Positions 20,124-30,527 of a DNA stretch of 64,000 nt are shown in pieces. The position numbers were made by a program, and so were the translations under genes. The notes beneath the pieces are model-generated. The model did no database searches, was not told the origin of the DNA, and saw only the letters and a list, made by a program, of their open reading frames with translations. Each line of letters opens with the position of its first letter. The stretch's first letter is position 1. Source of the stretch: Rhodoluna sp. (GTDB taxonomy: Bacteria; Actinomycetota; Actinomycetes; Actinomycetales; Microbacteriaceae); NCBI GenBank assembly GCA_044342295.1, contig JBIIQC010000001.1, positions 16,529 to 80,528 on the forward strand, given 5' to 3'.

Positions 20124-20498
20124 CTAACCGAAAACATTCATAAGGTGACGGGGGGCAAAGGCAGCAAACAAGACAAACGCGGCGGCAACTACAACCCAGA
20201 ACATCACATTCTGGTACTTGGCGCCTTTGCTCCAGAAGTCAATTAGAGCAATACGAATTCCATTGAAGCCGTGGTACAAAATCGCTGCGACCAGTCCAAG
20301 CTCAGCGACCCCAATAAGAGGTGTCTGATATGTAGCGATTACTACGTTGTAAGCCTCTGGCGCTACCCGGACCAAGGCGGTATCTAGAACGTGCACCAAA
20401 AGGAAGAAGAATATGGCAACACCGGTAATTCGGTGCAGCACCCAGGACCACATACCCACTTTTCCGCGGTATAAAGTGCCTGCAGGCATTGTTGGCAA
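20124..20498 (-). CDS. sdhC: Succinate dehydrogenase cytochrome b556 subunit
   Basis: LYRG, WVLHRITG, HVLDT, HGFNGIR; SD AAGGAG before TTG. Confidence 0.94.
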   Translation of the reverse strand: MPTMPAGTLYRGKVGMWSWVLHRITGVAIFFFLLVHVLDTALVRVAPEAYNVVIATYQTPLIGVAELGLVAAILYHGFNGIRIALIDFWSKGAKYQNVMFWVVVAAAFVLFAAFAPRHLMNVFG

Positions 20499-20600
20499 GT
20501 ATTGCTCCTTGGAGACGAGATGGGCTTTGGGTTAAATTCTAACCCCGAAACATTCTTGGCTATGCTCATGCACCCAAGGTGGGCTAGGGTTTTTCTTGTT

Positions 20601-21719
20601 ATGGCAAATCCAAGAAAGCCCAAGGATCGCTTCCACGCAGTTATTCCTGCCGGGGGAGTTGGATCTAGACTTTGGCCACTTTCCAGAGCCTCCGCTCCCA
20701 AATTCCTTCACGACCTAACTGGCTCTGGTCAAACCCTGTTGCAAGATACTTGGGACAGAATTACTCCTTTAGCCTCAGCCAGCAGAACCATGATTGTCAC
20801 AGGAGCCGCTCACGAGCAGGCCGTCATGACCCAAATTCCAGAACTGGACCCCAAGAACCTAGTTATTGAAGCCAGCCCAAAGGACTCAACAGCAGCCATC
20901 GCGCTCGCAGCAGCTATTTTGGCCAAAAGAGAGCCGGATGTAATCATCGGCGCCTTCGCCGCCGATCACGTGATCACAGACAGCAAGGCATTTCAAGATG
21001 CCGTGAACCAGGCCATCGAGCTAGCTGCCACGGACAAGATTGTAGTAATAGGTATAACCCCAACCGAGCCATCGGTTGGCTTTGGATACATCAAATCTGG
21101 TGACCCAATAGAGATGTCTGGGGCACCCTCGGCACTAGAGGTAGAAAAGTTCGTTGAGAAGCCAAAGTTTGAAAGAGCAAAGAAATACGTCGAGTCGGGC
21201 AAGTACCTGTGGAACGCTGGAATGTTCATTGCCCCAGCTGCTCTTTTGTTGCGTCAGCTTGCCAAGAGCGAACCCGAACTTCATGCCGCAATTTTGGAAC
21301 TAGCCGCCGCTTGGGACACCGACAAAAAAGATGCCACTATTGCCAAGCTATGGCCAGGGCTGAAAAAAGTCGCCATCGATTACTCGATTGCTGAACCAGC
21401 AGCTGAAGCAGGACTCGTTGGCTTGATCCCTGGAAAGTTCAGTTGGCACGACGTTGGAGATTTTGCGGCTATCGCCGAATTGCAATCTCAGGGCAGGAAA
21501 AACAACCTTGCCGTTTTGGGCGCAGCCAGGGTTTTGTCTGATGACTCGAGCGGCATCTTGGTTAGCGAAACCAATCGCATGATTGCGATCATTGGCCTCG
21601 AGGACGTGATTATTGTGGACACCCCAGATGCGCTTTTGGTAACCAATAAAGCGAATGCTCAAAAGGTTAAAGCTTTGGTTGACTCTTTGAAAGCAACCGG
21701 CCACGACGAGATTCTCTAA
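20601..21719 (+). CDS. manC: Mannose-1-phosphate guanylyltransferase; start revised to ATG 20601
   Basis: AGGVGSRLWPLSR..PK, ADH, FVEKP, WNAGMF, IDY, WHDVG. Confidence 0.93.
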   Translation: MANPRKPKDRFHAVIPAGGVGSRLWPLSRASAPKFLHDLTGSGQTLLQDTWDRITPLASASRTMIVTGAAHEQAVMTQIPELDPKNLVIEASPKDSTAAIALAAAILAKREPDVIIGAFAADHVITDSKAFQDAVNQAIELAATDKIVVIGITPTEPSVGFGYIKSGDPIEMSGAPSALEVEKFVEKPKFERAKKYVESGKYLWNAGMFIAPAALLLRQLAKSEPELHAAILELAAAWDTDKKDATIAKLWPGLKKVAIDYSIAEPAAEAGLVGLIPGKFSWHDVGDFAAIAELQSQGRKNNLAVLGAARVLSDDSSGILVSETNRMIAIIGLEDVIIVDTPDALLVTNKANAQKVKALVDSLKATGHDEIL

Positions 21720-21860
21720 ACCGCCACCTTTTGTATCAATTTCATCTCGAAACGATATAGCCTCGGCGTTGCGGTGATTTACCCCCTATTTGGGCGGTTA
21801 TTCTTGTCCCATAACGCGAGTTGTGAACGCCACGACTCGTACCCAAATAGGAGGAACTAA

Positions 21861-22934
21861 GTGAAGCTAATTTCACGCTCAAGTGCTGCTAAGGCACTAA
21901 CACTGGCTGCTGTTTCAGCACTAGTGCTTTCTGGTTGTGCAGCTGCACCAGAAGAAGACGCAGGTGTAGAGCCAGGATCTGTTGATTTCCTAGCTTGTGC
22001 AGTATCTGACGAAGGAAACTGGAACGACAAGTCCTTCAACGAAGCTGTTTACACAGGTCTAGTTCAGGCAGAAACTGAACTAGGAATCACAATCAATGCT
22101 CTTGAGTCTGCAACACCTGAAGACTTCGAGCCAAACCTACAGGCAAGCGTTGACGCAGGTTGTGACCTCATCATCGGTGTTGGATTTGCTCTTGGAGATG
22201 CAATTACCAAGATCTCTGCTGAGAACCCAGACCTAAACTTTGCTTTGGTTGACTCAACTTCTGAGAGCACCAACGTAAAGGCATTGCTATTCGAAACTGC
22301 TGAGGCAGGTTTCCTAGCGGGTTACGCTTCGGCTGACTACTCAACCTCGAAGACACTAGGTACTTATGGAGGACTTCCTTTCCCTTCAGTAACTGACTTC
22401 ATGACCGGTTTCTACTACGGTGCAATGCAGTGGGGCGTCGACAACGACACCGAAGTTACTGTTCTAGGTTGGGACCCAATGTCTCCAGACAACGGTGACT
22501 TCATGAACGGATTCGCACCTAACAACCCAGAAGGTCTAGCTATTGCTAAGACTCAGCTTCAGGCTGGCGCGGACGTTATTTTGCCAGTTGGTGGAAACCA
22601 GTTCACCGCTGCTCAGTCTGCAATCGATGAAATCAACCCTGACGCAGTAATGCTCGGTGTTGACGTTGACATTGCTGCTGGTAACCCAGATCTAGCGCCG
22701 TACATCTTCACATCCATTGAGAAGAGAATGACAATTGCTACCTTCGATGTAATCAAGGGTCTTGTTGATGGAGCTGCGTTTGACACAACACCATACGTTG
22801 GAACTCTTGCAAACAAGGGTGTTGGAATCACTGCATTCACTGACTTCGCCTCAAAGGTAAGCTCGGGCCTAGCTGACAAGCTAGCCGAACTAGAGGCTGG
22901 AATCATTGACGGCACCTACAAGCCAAAGGGCTAG
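21861..22934 (+). CDS. BMP-family nucleoside ABC transporter substrate-binding lipoprotein
   Basis: LSGC lipobox, DKSFNE, GVGF, GVDVD, SIEKR; SD AGGAGG; heads the nucleoside cluster. Confidence 0.9.
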   Translation: MKLISRSSAAKALTLAAVSALVLSGCAAAPEEDAGVEPGSVDFLACAVSDEGNWNDKSFNEAVYTGLVQAETELGITINALESATPEDFEPNLQASVDAGCDLIIGVGFALGDAITKISAENPDLNFALVDSTSESTNVKALLFETAEAGFLAGYASADYSTSKTLGTYGGLPFPSVTDFMTGFYYGAMQWGVDNDTEVTVLGWDPMSPDNGDFMNGFAPNNPEGLAIAKTQLQAGADVILPVGGNQFTAAQSAIDEINPDAVMLGVDVDIAAGNPDLAPYIFTSIEKRMTIATFDVIKGLVDGAAFDTTPYVGTLANKGVGITAFTDFASKVSSGLADKLAELEAGIIDGTYKPKG

Positions 22935-22947
22935 TAGCTAAATCACT

Positions 22948-22994
22948 ATTGAAGACCGGATGCTCCTATTGGGGCATCCGGTCTTCAATTTTTT
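22948..22994 (+). terminator. Intrinsic terminator/stabilising hairpin after the BMP gene
   Basis: ATTGAAGACCGGATGCTCC-tatt-GGGGCATCCGGTCTTCAAT followed by a T-run. Confidence 0.88.
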
Positions 22995-23044
22995 ATGTGG
23001 CAGAATAAAGTCTGACCAAAACAATTTGCACATAGGAGTGCTGG

Positions 23045-24550
23045 ATGAAGCTAGAGCTAAAGGGAATCACCAAGCGCTTTGGTGCCCTCGTAGCTAACGA
23101 CTCAATTGATTTAGTTGTTGAGTCTGGAGAAATTCACAGCTTGCTCGGTGAAAACGGAGCTGGCAAATCAACTCTTATGAATGTTCTCTACGGTCTGTAT
23201 CAAGCCGACGAAGGTCAGATTCTCCTGGATGGCAAGGTTGCCAAATTCTCAGGCCCCGGAGATGCAATGGCTGCTGGCATCGGTATGGTCCACCAGCACT
23301 TTATGCTCATCCCTGTGTTCACAGTGGCTGAAAATGTTGCATTAGGTCACGAGCCAACCAACAAGCTTGGAGTTCTAGACCTGGATGCCGCAAGAGCACT
23401 TGTTAGGAAGATTTCTGATCGTTTTGGATTCGATGTTGACCCAGACGCTTTGGTTGAAGATTTACCCGTAGGTGTTCAGCAGAGAGTAGAGATCATTAAG
23501 TCTTTGGCACGCGACGCCAAAGTACTAGTGCTTGATGAACCGACAGCCGTCTTGACCCCCCAGGAAACTGACGAGCTTATGGAAATTATGCGCGGCCTTG
23601 CTAAATCGGGAACCTCAATTGTTTTCATCACCCATAAACTTAGAGAAGTTAAAGCTGTGGCCGACAAGATAACCGTTATTCGACAAGGTCGAGTTGTTGG
23701 AGAGGCCAAACCTAGCGCCGAGACAAAAGAACTCGCCAGCATGATGGTTGGGCGCGATGTCGGACTTACTGTTGAAAAAAAGTCCGCCGCGCCTGGCAAG
23801 GTGGTGCTGAACGTGAAGGACCTGTCAGTTCTGGACGATCGGGAACAGCGGGCGGTTGATCACGTAAGTTTTGAAGTTAGGGCTGGCGAGATACTCGCAA
23901 TCGCGGGTGTCCAGGGGAACGGCCAAACAGAACTCGCGGAGGCGATATTGGGCCTTCGAGGACTCCACTCTGGCACTGGAGATATTTCAATTTCAGGATC
24001 AAGCGTTCGAGGAAAATCGGTTAGAACAATTCTAGAGAGAGGGGTCGGTTACGTCCCAGAGGATCGTCAAAAAAACGGACTAATTTCAGATTTTTCCATC
24101 GCGGAAAACCTAATGCTAAATGGCTCATTCACTAAGCCATTTGCAAAGGGGTTGGGAATTGCGTTTGGCACCAGAAACCGAATAGCTGACGAACTCGTTA
24201 AGGAATTTGATGTTAGGACAACATCTGCACAGACTTCTGCGGGAAAGCTCTCTGGGGGAAATCAGCAGAAGGTAGTTCTTGCCAGAGAGCTGTCGAGAGA
24301 AGTGGAGTTGTTAGTTGTTTCTCAGCCAACTCGTGGAGTGGATGTTGGTTCTGTGGAATTCATTCACGAACGCCTGGTTGAAGAAAGAAACAGCGGTAAA
24401 GCAGTCCTACTTATCTCTACAGAACTGGATGAAGTTTTGGCACTCGCCGATCGAATTGCCGTGATGTATCGAGGCAAAATTGTTGGAATTGTCAATGCCA
24501 ATACCGATAGAGCAAAGCTTGGCCAGATGATGGCGGGTGTAGCGGCATGA
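23045..24550 (+). CDS. Nucleoside ABC transporter ATP-binding protein (two NBDs)
   Basis: GENGAGKST, MVHQHF, LDEPTA, LSGGNQQK, QPTRGVD. Confidence 0.93.
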   Translation: MKLELKGITKRFGALVANDSIDLVVESGEIHSLLGENGAGKSTLMNVLYGLYQADEGQILLDGKVAKFSGPGDAMAAGIGMVHQHFMLIPVFTVAENVALGHEPTNKLGVLDLDAARALVRKISDRFGFDVDPDALVEDLPVGVQQRVEIIKSLARDAKVLVLDEPTAVLTPQETDELMEIMRGLAKSGTSIVFITHKLREVKAVADKITVIRQGRVVGEAKPSAETKELASMMVGRDVGLTVEKKSAAPGKVVLNVKDLSVLDDREQRAVDHVSFEVRAGEILAIAGVQGNGQTELAEAILGLRGLHSGTGDISISGSSVRGKSVRTILERGVGYVPEDRQKNGLISDFSIAENLMLNGSFTKPFAKGLGIAFGTRNRIADELVKEFDVRTTSAQTSAGKLSGGNQQKVVLARELSREVELLVVSQPTRGVDVGSVEFIHERLVEERNSGKAVLLISTELDEVLALADRIAVMYRGKIVGIVNANTDRAKLGQMMAGVAA

Positions 24551-25779
24551 GTGAGAGTACAAGAAAAGAACCAATCAACTGGAATGCAGCACTCAAGGAA
24601 ATTCTCTCCGGTGGAATAACACGAACTGTAATGTCTGTGATTCTGGGCTTTGCCGTTGGTGCGTTTTTCATGATTATTTCTAACAAAGAATTTCTTCAAA
24701 GCGTTGGCTATTTCTTCGCAGACCCATTAGCTAGCTTGCGTGCGGCAGGAGATGTTGTTGGCGCAGGCTACGGGGCGTTATTTAAGGGTTCAATTTATAA
24801 CGCCAGCGCTGCAACCTTTGACGGCGCCATTCGGCCCCTAACCGAAACGCTAAGGCTTGCAGGTCCACTGATCGCTGCTGGACTTGGTATCGGCCTTGGT
24901 TTCCGAGTGGGACTATTCAACATTGGCGGAACTGGACAACTAATTTCTGGTCTAATCTGGGCAACATTTGTGGCGACTCGAATAGAGCTTCCACCGGTCA
25001 TTCACTTCGTCGTTGCTATAGCTGCCGCAATAGTTGGCTCAGCGATAGTAGGTGCGTTCGTAGGTTTTCTCAGAGCGCGCACAGGGGCTAATGAAGTAAT
25101 CACAACGATTATGTTGAACTACATAATCATTAGCTTCTTCAACTTTTTGCTTTTGGATAACAACTTGCTGCAAGGCGCTACAGCTGGTGGGCACACCAAG
25201 TCTGATCCTGCTTTCGAAACTGCAAAACTTCCAGGACTGCTCGGTGAGAATTTTGCGCTCAACCTGGGATTTGTCTTGTCTATTGTGGCCGTAGTTGTCT
25301 ACTGGTGGCTGATGGAGAGATCAACAATTGGGTTTAGGCTCCGGGCAGTTGGCTTCAATGCATCGGCGGCAAAAACCGCCGGCATCAACGTTGAGGGAAC
25401 TTATATTCTTGCCCTGGGTCTATCGGCCGCCTTTGTTGGAATAGCCGCTGCTAATCAAGCTTTATCTTCAACCGGTGGTGTTACACCAACTACCCACGCT
25501 GGTATTGGTTTTGATGCCATAACCGTTGCGCTTCTTGGTGGATCAACAGCTTCGGGCGTATTACTGGCTGGGCTATTGTTCGGTGCCTTCAAAGCTGGAT
25601 CATCGGCTATTCAGATTGAAGGAATTTCTCCTGACGTGCTCGGCATTGTCCAAGGTGCGATTGTTTTGTTCATTGCTGCCCCACCTTTGATTAGGGCAAT
25701 CTTCCGTCTTCCGCCGCCGCAGACTACGACGATGCTGAGTGCCTTAAAGTCGAAGTTTTTTAGTCGAGGAGGAAAATAA
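24547..25779 (+). CDS. Nucleoside ABC transporter permease
   Basis: LFNIGGTGQ, NEVITTIMLNY, GFRLRAVG, GFDAITVALLG. Confidence 0.92.
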   Translation: MSESTRKEPINWNAALKEILSGGITRTVMSVILGFAVGAFFMIISNKEFLQSVGYFFADPLASLRAAGDVVGAGYGALFKGSIYNASAATFDGAIRPLTETLRLAGPLIAAGLGIGLGFRVGLFNIGGTGQLISGLIWATFVATRIELPPVIHFVVAIAAAIVGSAIVGAFVGFLRARTGANEVITTIMLNYIIISFFNFLLLDNNLLQGATAGGHTKSDPAFETAKLPGLLGENFALNLGFVLSIVAVVVYWWLMERSTIGFRLRAVGFNASAAKTAGINVEGTYILALGLSAAFVGIAAANQALSSTGGVTPTTHAGIGFDAITVALLGGSTASGVLLAGLLFGAFKAGSSAIQIEGISPDVLGIVQGAIVLFIAAPPLIRAIFRLPPPQTTTMLSALKSKFFSRGGK

Positions 25780-27032
25780 TGGCCACTGAGACTAAAAAGG
25801 AAGTTCGCGAGTCCTGGAAGACACCAACTGTCATGGGCTCCATAGCCGCCGTGATTTTTATTTTCTTTGGAATCCTCGGTAAATCTGAAATTGTTTCATT
25901 CGAACTAACTGGAGTAAGAGAAGCAGTTCAGCTGCCTTACCTCGATATCTCTTCTAGTGCCTTGGGAACTGTGGCTGGAATCATCTTGCTTGCCATAACT
26001 GGATATGTGGCATGGCAGGTGAGTAGAAACATACGAGCATCTATTTGGTTCTCGTTGCTTTTTGGCGCTATTGCACTTGTGGCGCTTTTGGGTTGGCTTG
26101 CTGCCGGTGCTGCAGTTCCAGTGGCTTTCATATTGGGCTCAGCATTGGTCTTGGCAGTACCAATCATGCTTGGCGCAATGGCCGGAGTAATGAGTGAGCG
26201 AGTCGGAGTTGTGAACATTGCAATTGAAGGTCAGCTGCTAACTGGCGCTTTTGTTGCATCCGTGGTCAGCACGCTTACTGGCAATCAGATTATCGGCATT
26301 GTCTCCGCCATGGTTACGGCAGCCCTGTTTTCAGCAGTGCTTGCAGTATTTGCAGTGCGCTTTTTGGCCCAGCAAATCATCGTTGGTGTAGTTCTAAACG
26401 TTCTGGCGATAGGAATAACAAACTTCCTTTACCAGCAGTGGGTAACCGAGGATGAGTCCGCGACCAATAGCCCAGGCACTCTTCCAATCATTCACGTACC
26501 GTTTCTTGGGGATATTCCAATTATCGGACCAGTTCTATTTCAAAACAGAATCACTGTTTTTCTTGCCATTGGAATTGTGATCGTTTTGTGGTTTGTTCTT
26601 TTCAAGACCAAATTAGGTCTGCGTGCAAGAGCCGTTGGAGAGAACCCTTTAGCTGCAGACACAGTTGGCATCAACGTCTCTCGAACTAGATTCTGGTGGG
26701 TAACACTTGGCGGGCTTTTGGCCGGTCTTGGAGGGGCAGCACTAACTGTTGGTAGTTCAGGATCATTCGGGCGTGAAATGTCCGGCGGATTAGGATTTAT
26801 CGCTTTGGCCGTTGTTATCTTGGGACGCTGGCACCCAGGATATGCCACGGCAGCAGCGCTGCTATTTGGCTTCTCAATTATTTTGAGAATCTGGGCCAAT
26901 CAAGTTAGCCCAGGTATTCCTACGAACTTCATCACCATGGTCCCGTACCTTGTAACGCTAATTGCCGTAGTTGGATTCGTTGGTCGATCCAGACCACCGG
27001 CCGCTGACGGTATTCCGTACGTGAAGGGTTAG
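25779..27032 (+). CDS. Nucleoside ABC transporter permease
   Basis: SERVGVVNIAIEG, GLRARAVGENP, GFIALAVVILGRW. Confidence 0.92.
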   Translation: MATETKKEVRESWKTPTVMGSIAAVIFIFFGILGKSEIVSFELTGVREAVQLPYLDISSSALGTVAGIILLAITGYVAWQVSRNIRASIWFSLLFGAIALVALLGWLAAGAAVPVAFILGSALVLAVPIMLGAMAGVMSERVGVVNIAIEGQLLTGAFVASVVSTLTGNQIIGIVSAMVTAALFSAVLAVFAVRFLAQQIIVGVVLNVLAIGITNFLYQQWVTEDESATNSPGTLPIIHVPFLGDIPIIGPVLFQNRITVFLAIGIVIVLWFVLFKTKLGLRARAVGENPLAADTVGINVSRTRFWWVTLGGLLAGLGGAALTVGSSGSFGREMSGGLGFIALAVVILGRWHPGYATAAALLFGFSIILRIWANQVSPGIPTNFITMVPYLVTLIAVVGFVGRSRPPAADGIPYVKG

Positions 27033-27035
27033 AAG

Positions 27036-27431
27036 ATGCAAATCGACTGGGAGTTACTTCGCAAAGAAGCTATTGCGGCCATGCAAAAAGCGTACGTTCC
27101 GTATTCAAAGTTTCCAGTCGGAGTTGCAGCGCTGACTGAAGACGGTCGAATAGTTTCGGGCTGCAACATCGAGAATGCTTCGTATGGTGTTACTTTGTGT
27201 GCGGAGTGCTCCATGGTTAGCGACTTGTTTAGAACCGGCGGAGGCAGGCTAGTTGCCTTTTACTGCGTCGACAAGCACAACAATATCTTGATGCCATGTG
27301 GCAGATGCCGTCAGCTGCTTTACGAACACTCTGCACCTGGAATGTTGCTAGAAACTGTTTCAGGCATCAAGACCATCGATGAGGTTATTCCAGACGCCTT
27401 TGGTCCTAGAGATCTGGATGCTAGAGCTTGA
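27036..27431 (+). CDS. cdd: Cytidine deaminase
   Basis: AYVPYSKFPVG, GCNIENAS, CAE, PCGRCRQ. Confidence 0.96.
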   Translation: MQIDWELLRKEAIAAMQKAYVPYSKFPVGVAALTEDGRIVSGCNIENASYGVTLCAECSMVSDLFRTGGGRLVAFYCVDKHNNILMPCGRCRQLLYEHSAPGMLLETVSGIKTIDEVIPDAFGPRDLDARA

Positions 27432-28711
27432 GCACTTTCGATGCCGTTGACCTGATTATTTCGAAACGAGAAAAACAGGAGCTTTCTAAAGAAGCTATTG
27501 ACTGGCTAATCGAGAACTACACCGCTGGCGTCATTGCCGACGAGCAAATGTCAGCTATGGCTATGGCCATCTTGCTAAACGGCATGAATGGTCGCGAGAT
27601 TAAAGACCTAACCATGGCCATGATTGCATCGGGAGAAAGACTCAACTTTGAATCCCTCGGTGTTCCAACCACAGACAAGCATTCCACGGGTGGAGTTGGC
27701 GACAAGATCACTTTGCCACTTGCACCACTGGTAGCAGTATTCGGCGTCGCCGTTCCCCAACTATCTGGTCGAGGCCTAGGTCACACCGGGGGAACTCTAG
27801 ACAAACTCGAATCAATTCCTGGCTGGCGTGCAAATCTATCGAACGAAGAGATGACCAGACAACTTGCTGAAGTAGGTGCAGTTATTTGCGCCGCAGGATC
27901 AGGTTTAGCTCCTGCAGATAAGAAGCTTTACGCGCTGCGTGATGTGACTGGGACTGTAGAGGCAATTCCATTGATCGCTTCTTCAATCATGAGCAAGAAA
28001 ATTGCCGAAGGAACTGGTTCTCTTGTTTTGGACGTGAAGGTTGGCTCTGGCGCATTCATGAAAGACTTTGCCAGAGCAAGGCAACTTGCCGAGGTTCTAG
28101 TGCAGCTTGGAAAAGATGCTGGTGTGAACACCTCAGCGCTACTAACTGACATGTCGACACCACTTGGCCTAAAAGTTGGCAACGCACTTGAAGTTGAGGA
28201 GTCTGTTGAAGTGCTGGCTGGCGGTGGACCATCCGACGTTATCGAGATAACTGTTGCTCTTGCTACCGAGATGCTCAATCTTGCAGGAGTAAAAGACGTC
28301 GATGTTGCGGCTGCCTTGAAAGATGGTCGTGCGATGGATAAGTGGCGCGCGATGATAAGCGCACAGGGCGGAGACCCCGATGCCAAGTTGCCAGTAGCCA
28401 AAGAAACTCAAACTGTGTTGGCTGAATCTGACGGCGTCATTTCCGAGCTAGACGCACTAGCTGTTGGCCTTGCTTCCTGGAGGCTTGGTGCCGGCAGGGC
28501 CAGAAAGGAAGACCCGGTTCAGTTTGGAGCAGGGGTTACTTTGCACGCTCAACTTGGCGACACTGTCAAAAAGGGTGCTCCGCTGTATACATTGCATACC
28601 GATGAACCAGGCCGCTTTGCCCGTGCGGGCGAGACCATCGCGAAAGCTTATAAAATTGAGGCTCAAGCTCAAGTGACGCGAAAGCTGATACTTGATCGAA
28701 TTTCAAACTAG
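27428..28711 (+). CDS. deoA: Thymidine/pyrimidine-nucleoside phosphorylase
   Basis: DKHSTGGVGDK, SGRGLGHTGGTLDKLESIPG, SIMSKK. Confidence 0.95.
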   Translation: MSTFDAVDLIISKREKQELSKEAIDWLIENYTAGVIADEQMSAMAMAILLNGMNGREIKDLTMAMIASGERLNFESLGVPTTDKHSTGGVGDKITLPLAPLVAVFGVAVPQLSGRGLGHTGGTLDKLESIPGWRANLSNEEMTRQLAEVGAVICAAGSGLAPADKKLYALRDVTGTVEAIPLIASSIMSKKIAEGTGSLVLDVKVGSGAFMKDFARARQLAEVLVQLGKDAGVNTSALLTDMSTPLGLKVGNALEVEESVEVLAGGGPSDVIEITVALATEMLNLAGVKDVDVAAALKDGRAMDKWRAMISAQGGDPDAKLPVAKETQTVLAESDGVISELDALAVGLASWRLGAGRARKEDPVQFGAGVTLHAQLGDTVKKGAPLYTLHTDEPGRFARAGETIAKAYKIEAQAQVTRKLILDRISN

Positions 28712-28735
28712 TTGCTTTGACAAGGAAAAACCATA

Positions 28736-29821
28736 ATGGCCACAAACATCAAGGCACTGCCTAAAATCTCTTTACATGATCATCTAGATGGTGGCCTAAG
28801 ACCCCAGACCATGATTGATTTGGCAGACAAGGTCGGCCACAAACTTCCAACTACTGACGCAACCGAGTTGCGAGAGTGGTTTTTTGAATCCGCAGACTCA
28901 GGTTCACTTGAGCGCTACCTAGAAACTTTTGATCACACCACTGCAGTAATGCAGACCGCAGAGGGTCTATCCCGAGTTGCAAAAGAGTTTGTTCTTGATT
29001 TGCATGACGATGGCGTGATCTACGGTGAAGTGCGTTGGGCTCCGGAGCAGCACCTTTCAAAGGGCCTAACTCTGGACGAAACAGTAGAGGCCGTTCAAGA
29101 TGGTCTTGAGCAGGGAATGTCGGAAGTTGAAGCCGCCGGAGGATTCATTAGAACCGGACAGCTTGTTACTGCCATGCGTCAAAACAATCGCGGAATGGAA
29201 ATTGCGGAGCTAGCTGTTCGCCACCGCGATAACGGCGTTGTTGGATTTGATATCGCTGGACCAGAAAAAGGCTTCATGCCGGTCAATCACAAAGCTGCGT
29301 TCGAATACCTTGCCGAGCAATTATTTCCTGTGACAGTTCACGCTGGAGAAGGCGACGGTGTTGAAAGCATCAGGGACGCAATCGTCTCCGGTAGGGCGCT
29401 TCGACTAGGACACGGTGTTCGGTTGATCGAAGATGTTATGTTCTCTCGCGCTGAGGGTGACACTGATGTTGTTGTGCTTGGAGAAGTAGCTGAGTGGGTT
29501 CATGACCGCGGCATCGCCTTGGAGCTCTCGCCATCGTCAAACTTGCAAACCGGTGCCATTTCTATGCTTGGTGAGACTCTTGCGGATCACCCGTTTGATA
29601 TCTTGTACGAACTTGGCTTCAAGGTCACGGTCAACACTGACAACCGCCTTATGTCTAGAACCACACTTACCAGGGAGCTTGAGCTTCTAATGAGCACTTT
29701 TGGTTACTCATTGGCGGATCTAGAGCAGTTCCAGCTAAATGCTGCCGAGGCATCTTTCCAGGCCCTTGATGACCGCGAAGAACTTATCGACATGATTAGC
29801 GAGGGTTTCGCTAAGGCTTAG
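28736..29821 (+). CDS. add: Adenosine deaminase
   Basis: LHDHLDG, FDIAGPE, TVHAGE, RLGHG, PSSN, NTDN. Confidence 0.95.
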   Translation: MATNIKALPKISLHDHLDGGLRPQTMIDLADKVGHKLPTTDATELREWFFESADSGSLERYLETFDHTTAVMQTAEGLSRVAKEFVLDLHDDGVIYGEVRWAPEQHLSKGLTLDETVEAVQDGLEQGMSEVEAAGGFIRTGQLVTAMRQNNRGMEIAELAVRHRDNGVVGFDIAGPEKGFMPVNHKAAFEYLAEQLFPVTVHAGEGDGVESIRDAIVSGRALRLGHGVRLIEDVMFSRAEGDTDVVVLGEVAEWVHDRGIALELSPSSNLQTGAISMLGETLADHPFDILYELGFKVTVNTDNRLMSRTTLTRELELLMSTFGYSLADLEQFQLNAAEASFQALDDREELIDMISEGFAKA

Positions 29822-29864
29822 CGGGACTATTTAAGGCAATGCACTAGAGGTATAGGCTCTTTGA

Positions 29865-30527
29865 ATGTCACTTCCAAACCCTGGCGAAAGCGCAAGAACT
29901 GAGATAAACCGTCTCAAGCAGCGCTCAGTTTCTGATCGCGATGCGATGTATGAGATCTTGGACTCGACTATTTTGTGCCACATCGGTTACGTAGAAAGCG
30001 GACAGCCCTTTGTATTGCCCTATGCATTTGTGCGAGATGGTGACCGAATCCTTATTCACGGCTCTTCTGGAGCCAGGTTTATGCGAGAGCTGGCTAAAGG
30101 GGCACCGACTTGCATCACGGTTACAAAACTTGATGGTCTAGTTCTTGCTCGAACAACTTTTGATTCGAGCATGAACTATCGCTCGGTAGTAATTCTTGGA
30201 ACCGCCGAGGAAGTCACTGGAGATAACAAGAATGAACTACTGGAAAAACTAAGTGACGGTCTAGCGCCAGGACGAACTCTTGAGGTCAGAAAATCCACTA
30301 ACAAAGAGCTAGCTGCAACCACACTGCTCTCAATATCCCTTGCAGAGGCATCGGTAAAGATTCGTTCCGGTATGCCACAAGACGATGAGGGGAGTGGAAC
30401 GGGTGTATGGTCTGGGGTTATTCCACTTCATCTAGTTGCCGGCGAACCCATTCCGGCCGACGAAGAATCACAAAATCTCCCGATCCCACAAAGCGTAAAA
30501 GAATTTAGAGCTAACCCCAAGGCTTAG
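29865..30527 (+). CDS. Pyridoxamine 5'-phosphate oxidase-like flavin-binding (split-barrel) protein
   Basis: HGSS, DGLVLAR, SMNYRSVVILG, SVKIR, W.GVIP. Confidence 0.85.
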   Translation: MSLPNPGESARTEINRLKQRSVSDRDAMYEILDSTILCHIGYVESGQPFVLPYAFVRDGDRILIHGSSGARFMRELAKGAPTCITVTKLDGLVLARTTFDSSMNYRSVVILGTAEEVTGDNKNELLEKLSDGLAPGRTLEVRKSTNKELAATTLLSISLAEASVKIRSGMPQDDEGSGTGVWSGVIPLHLVAGEPIPADEESQNLPIPQSVKEFRANPKA

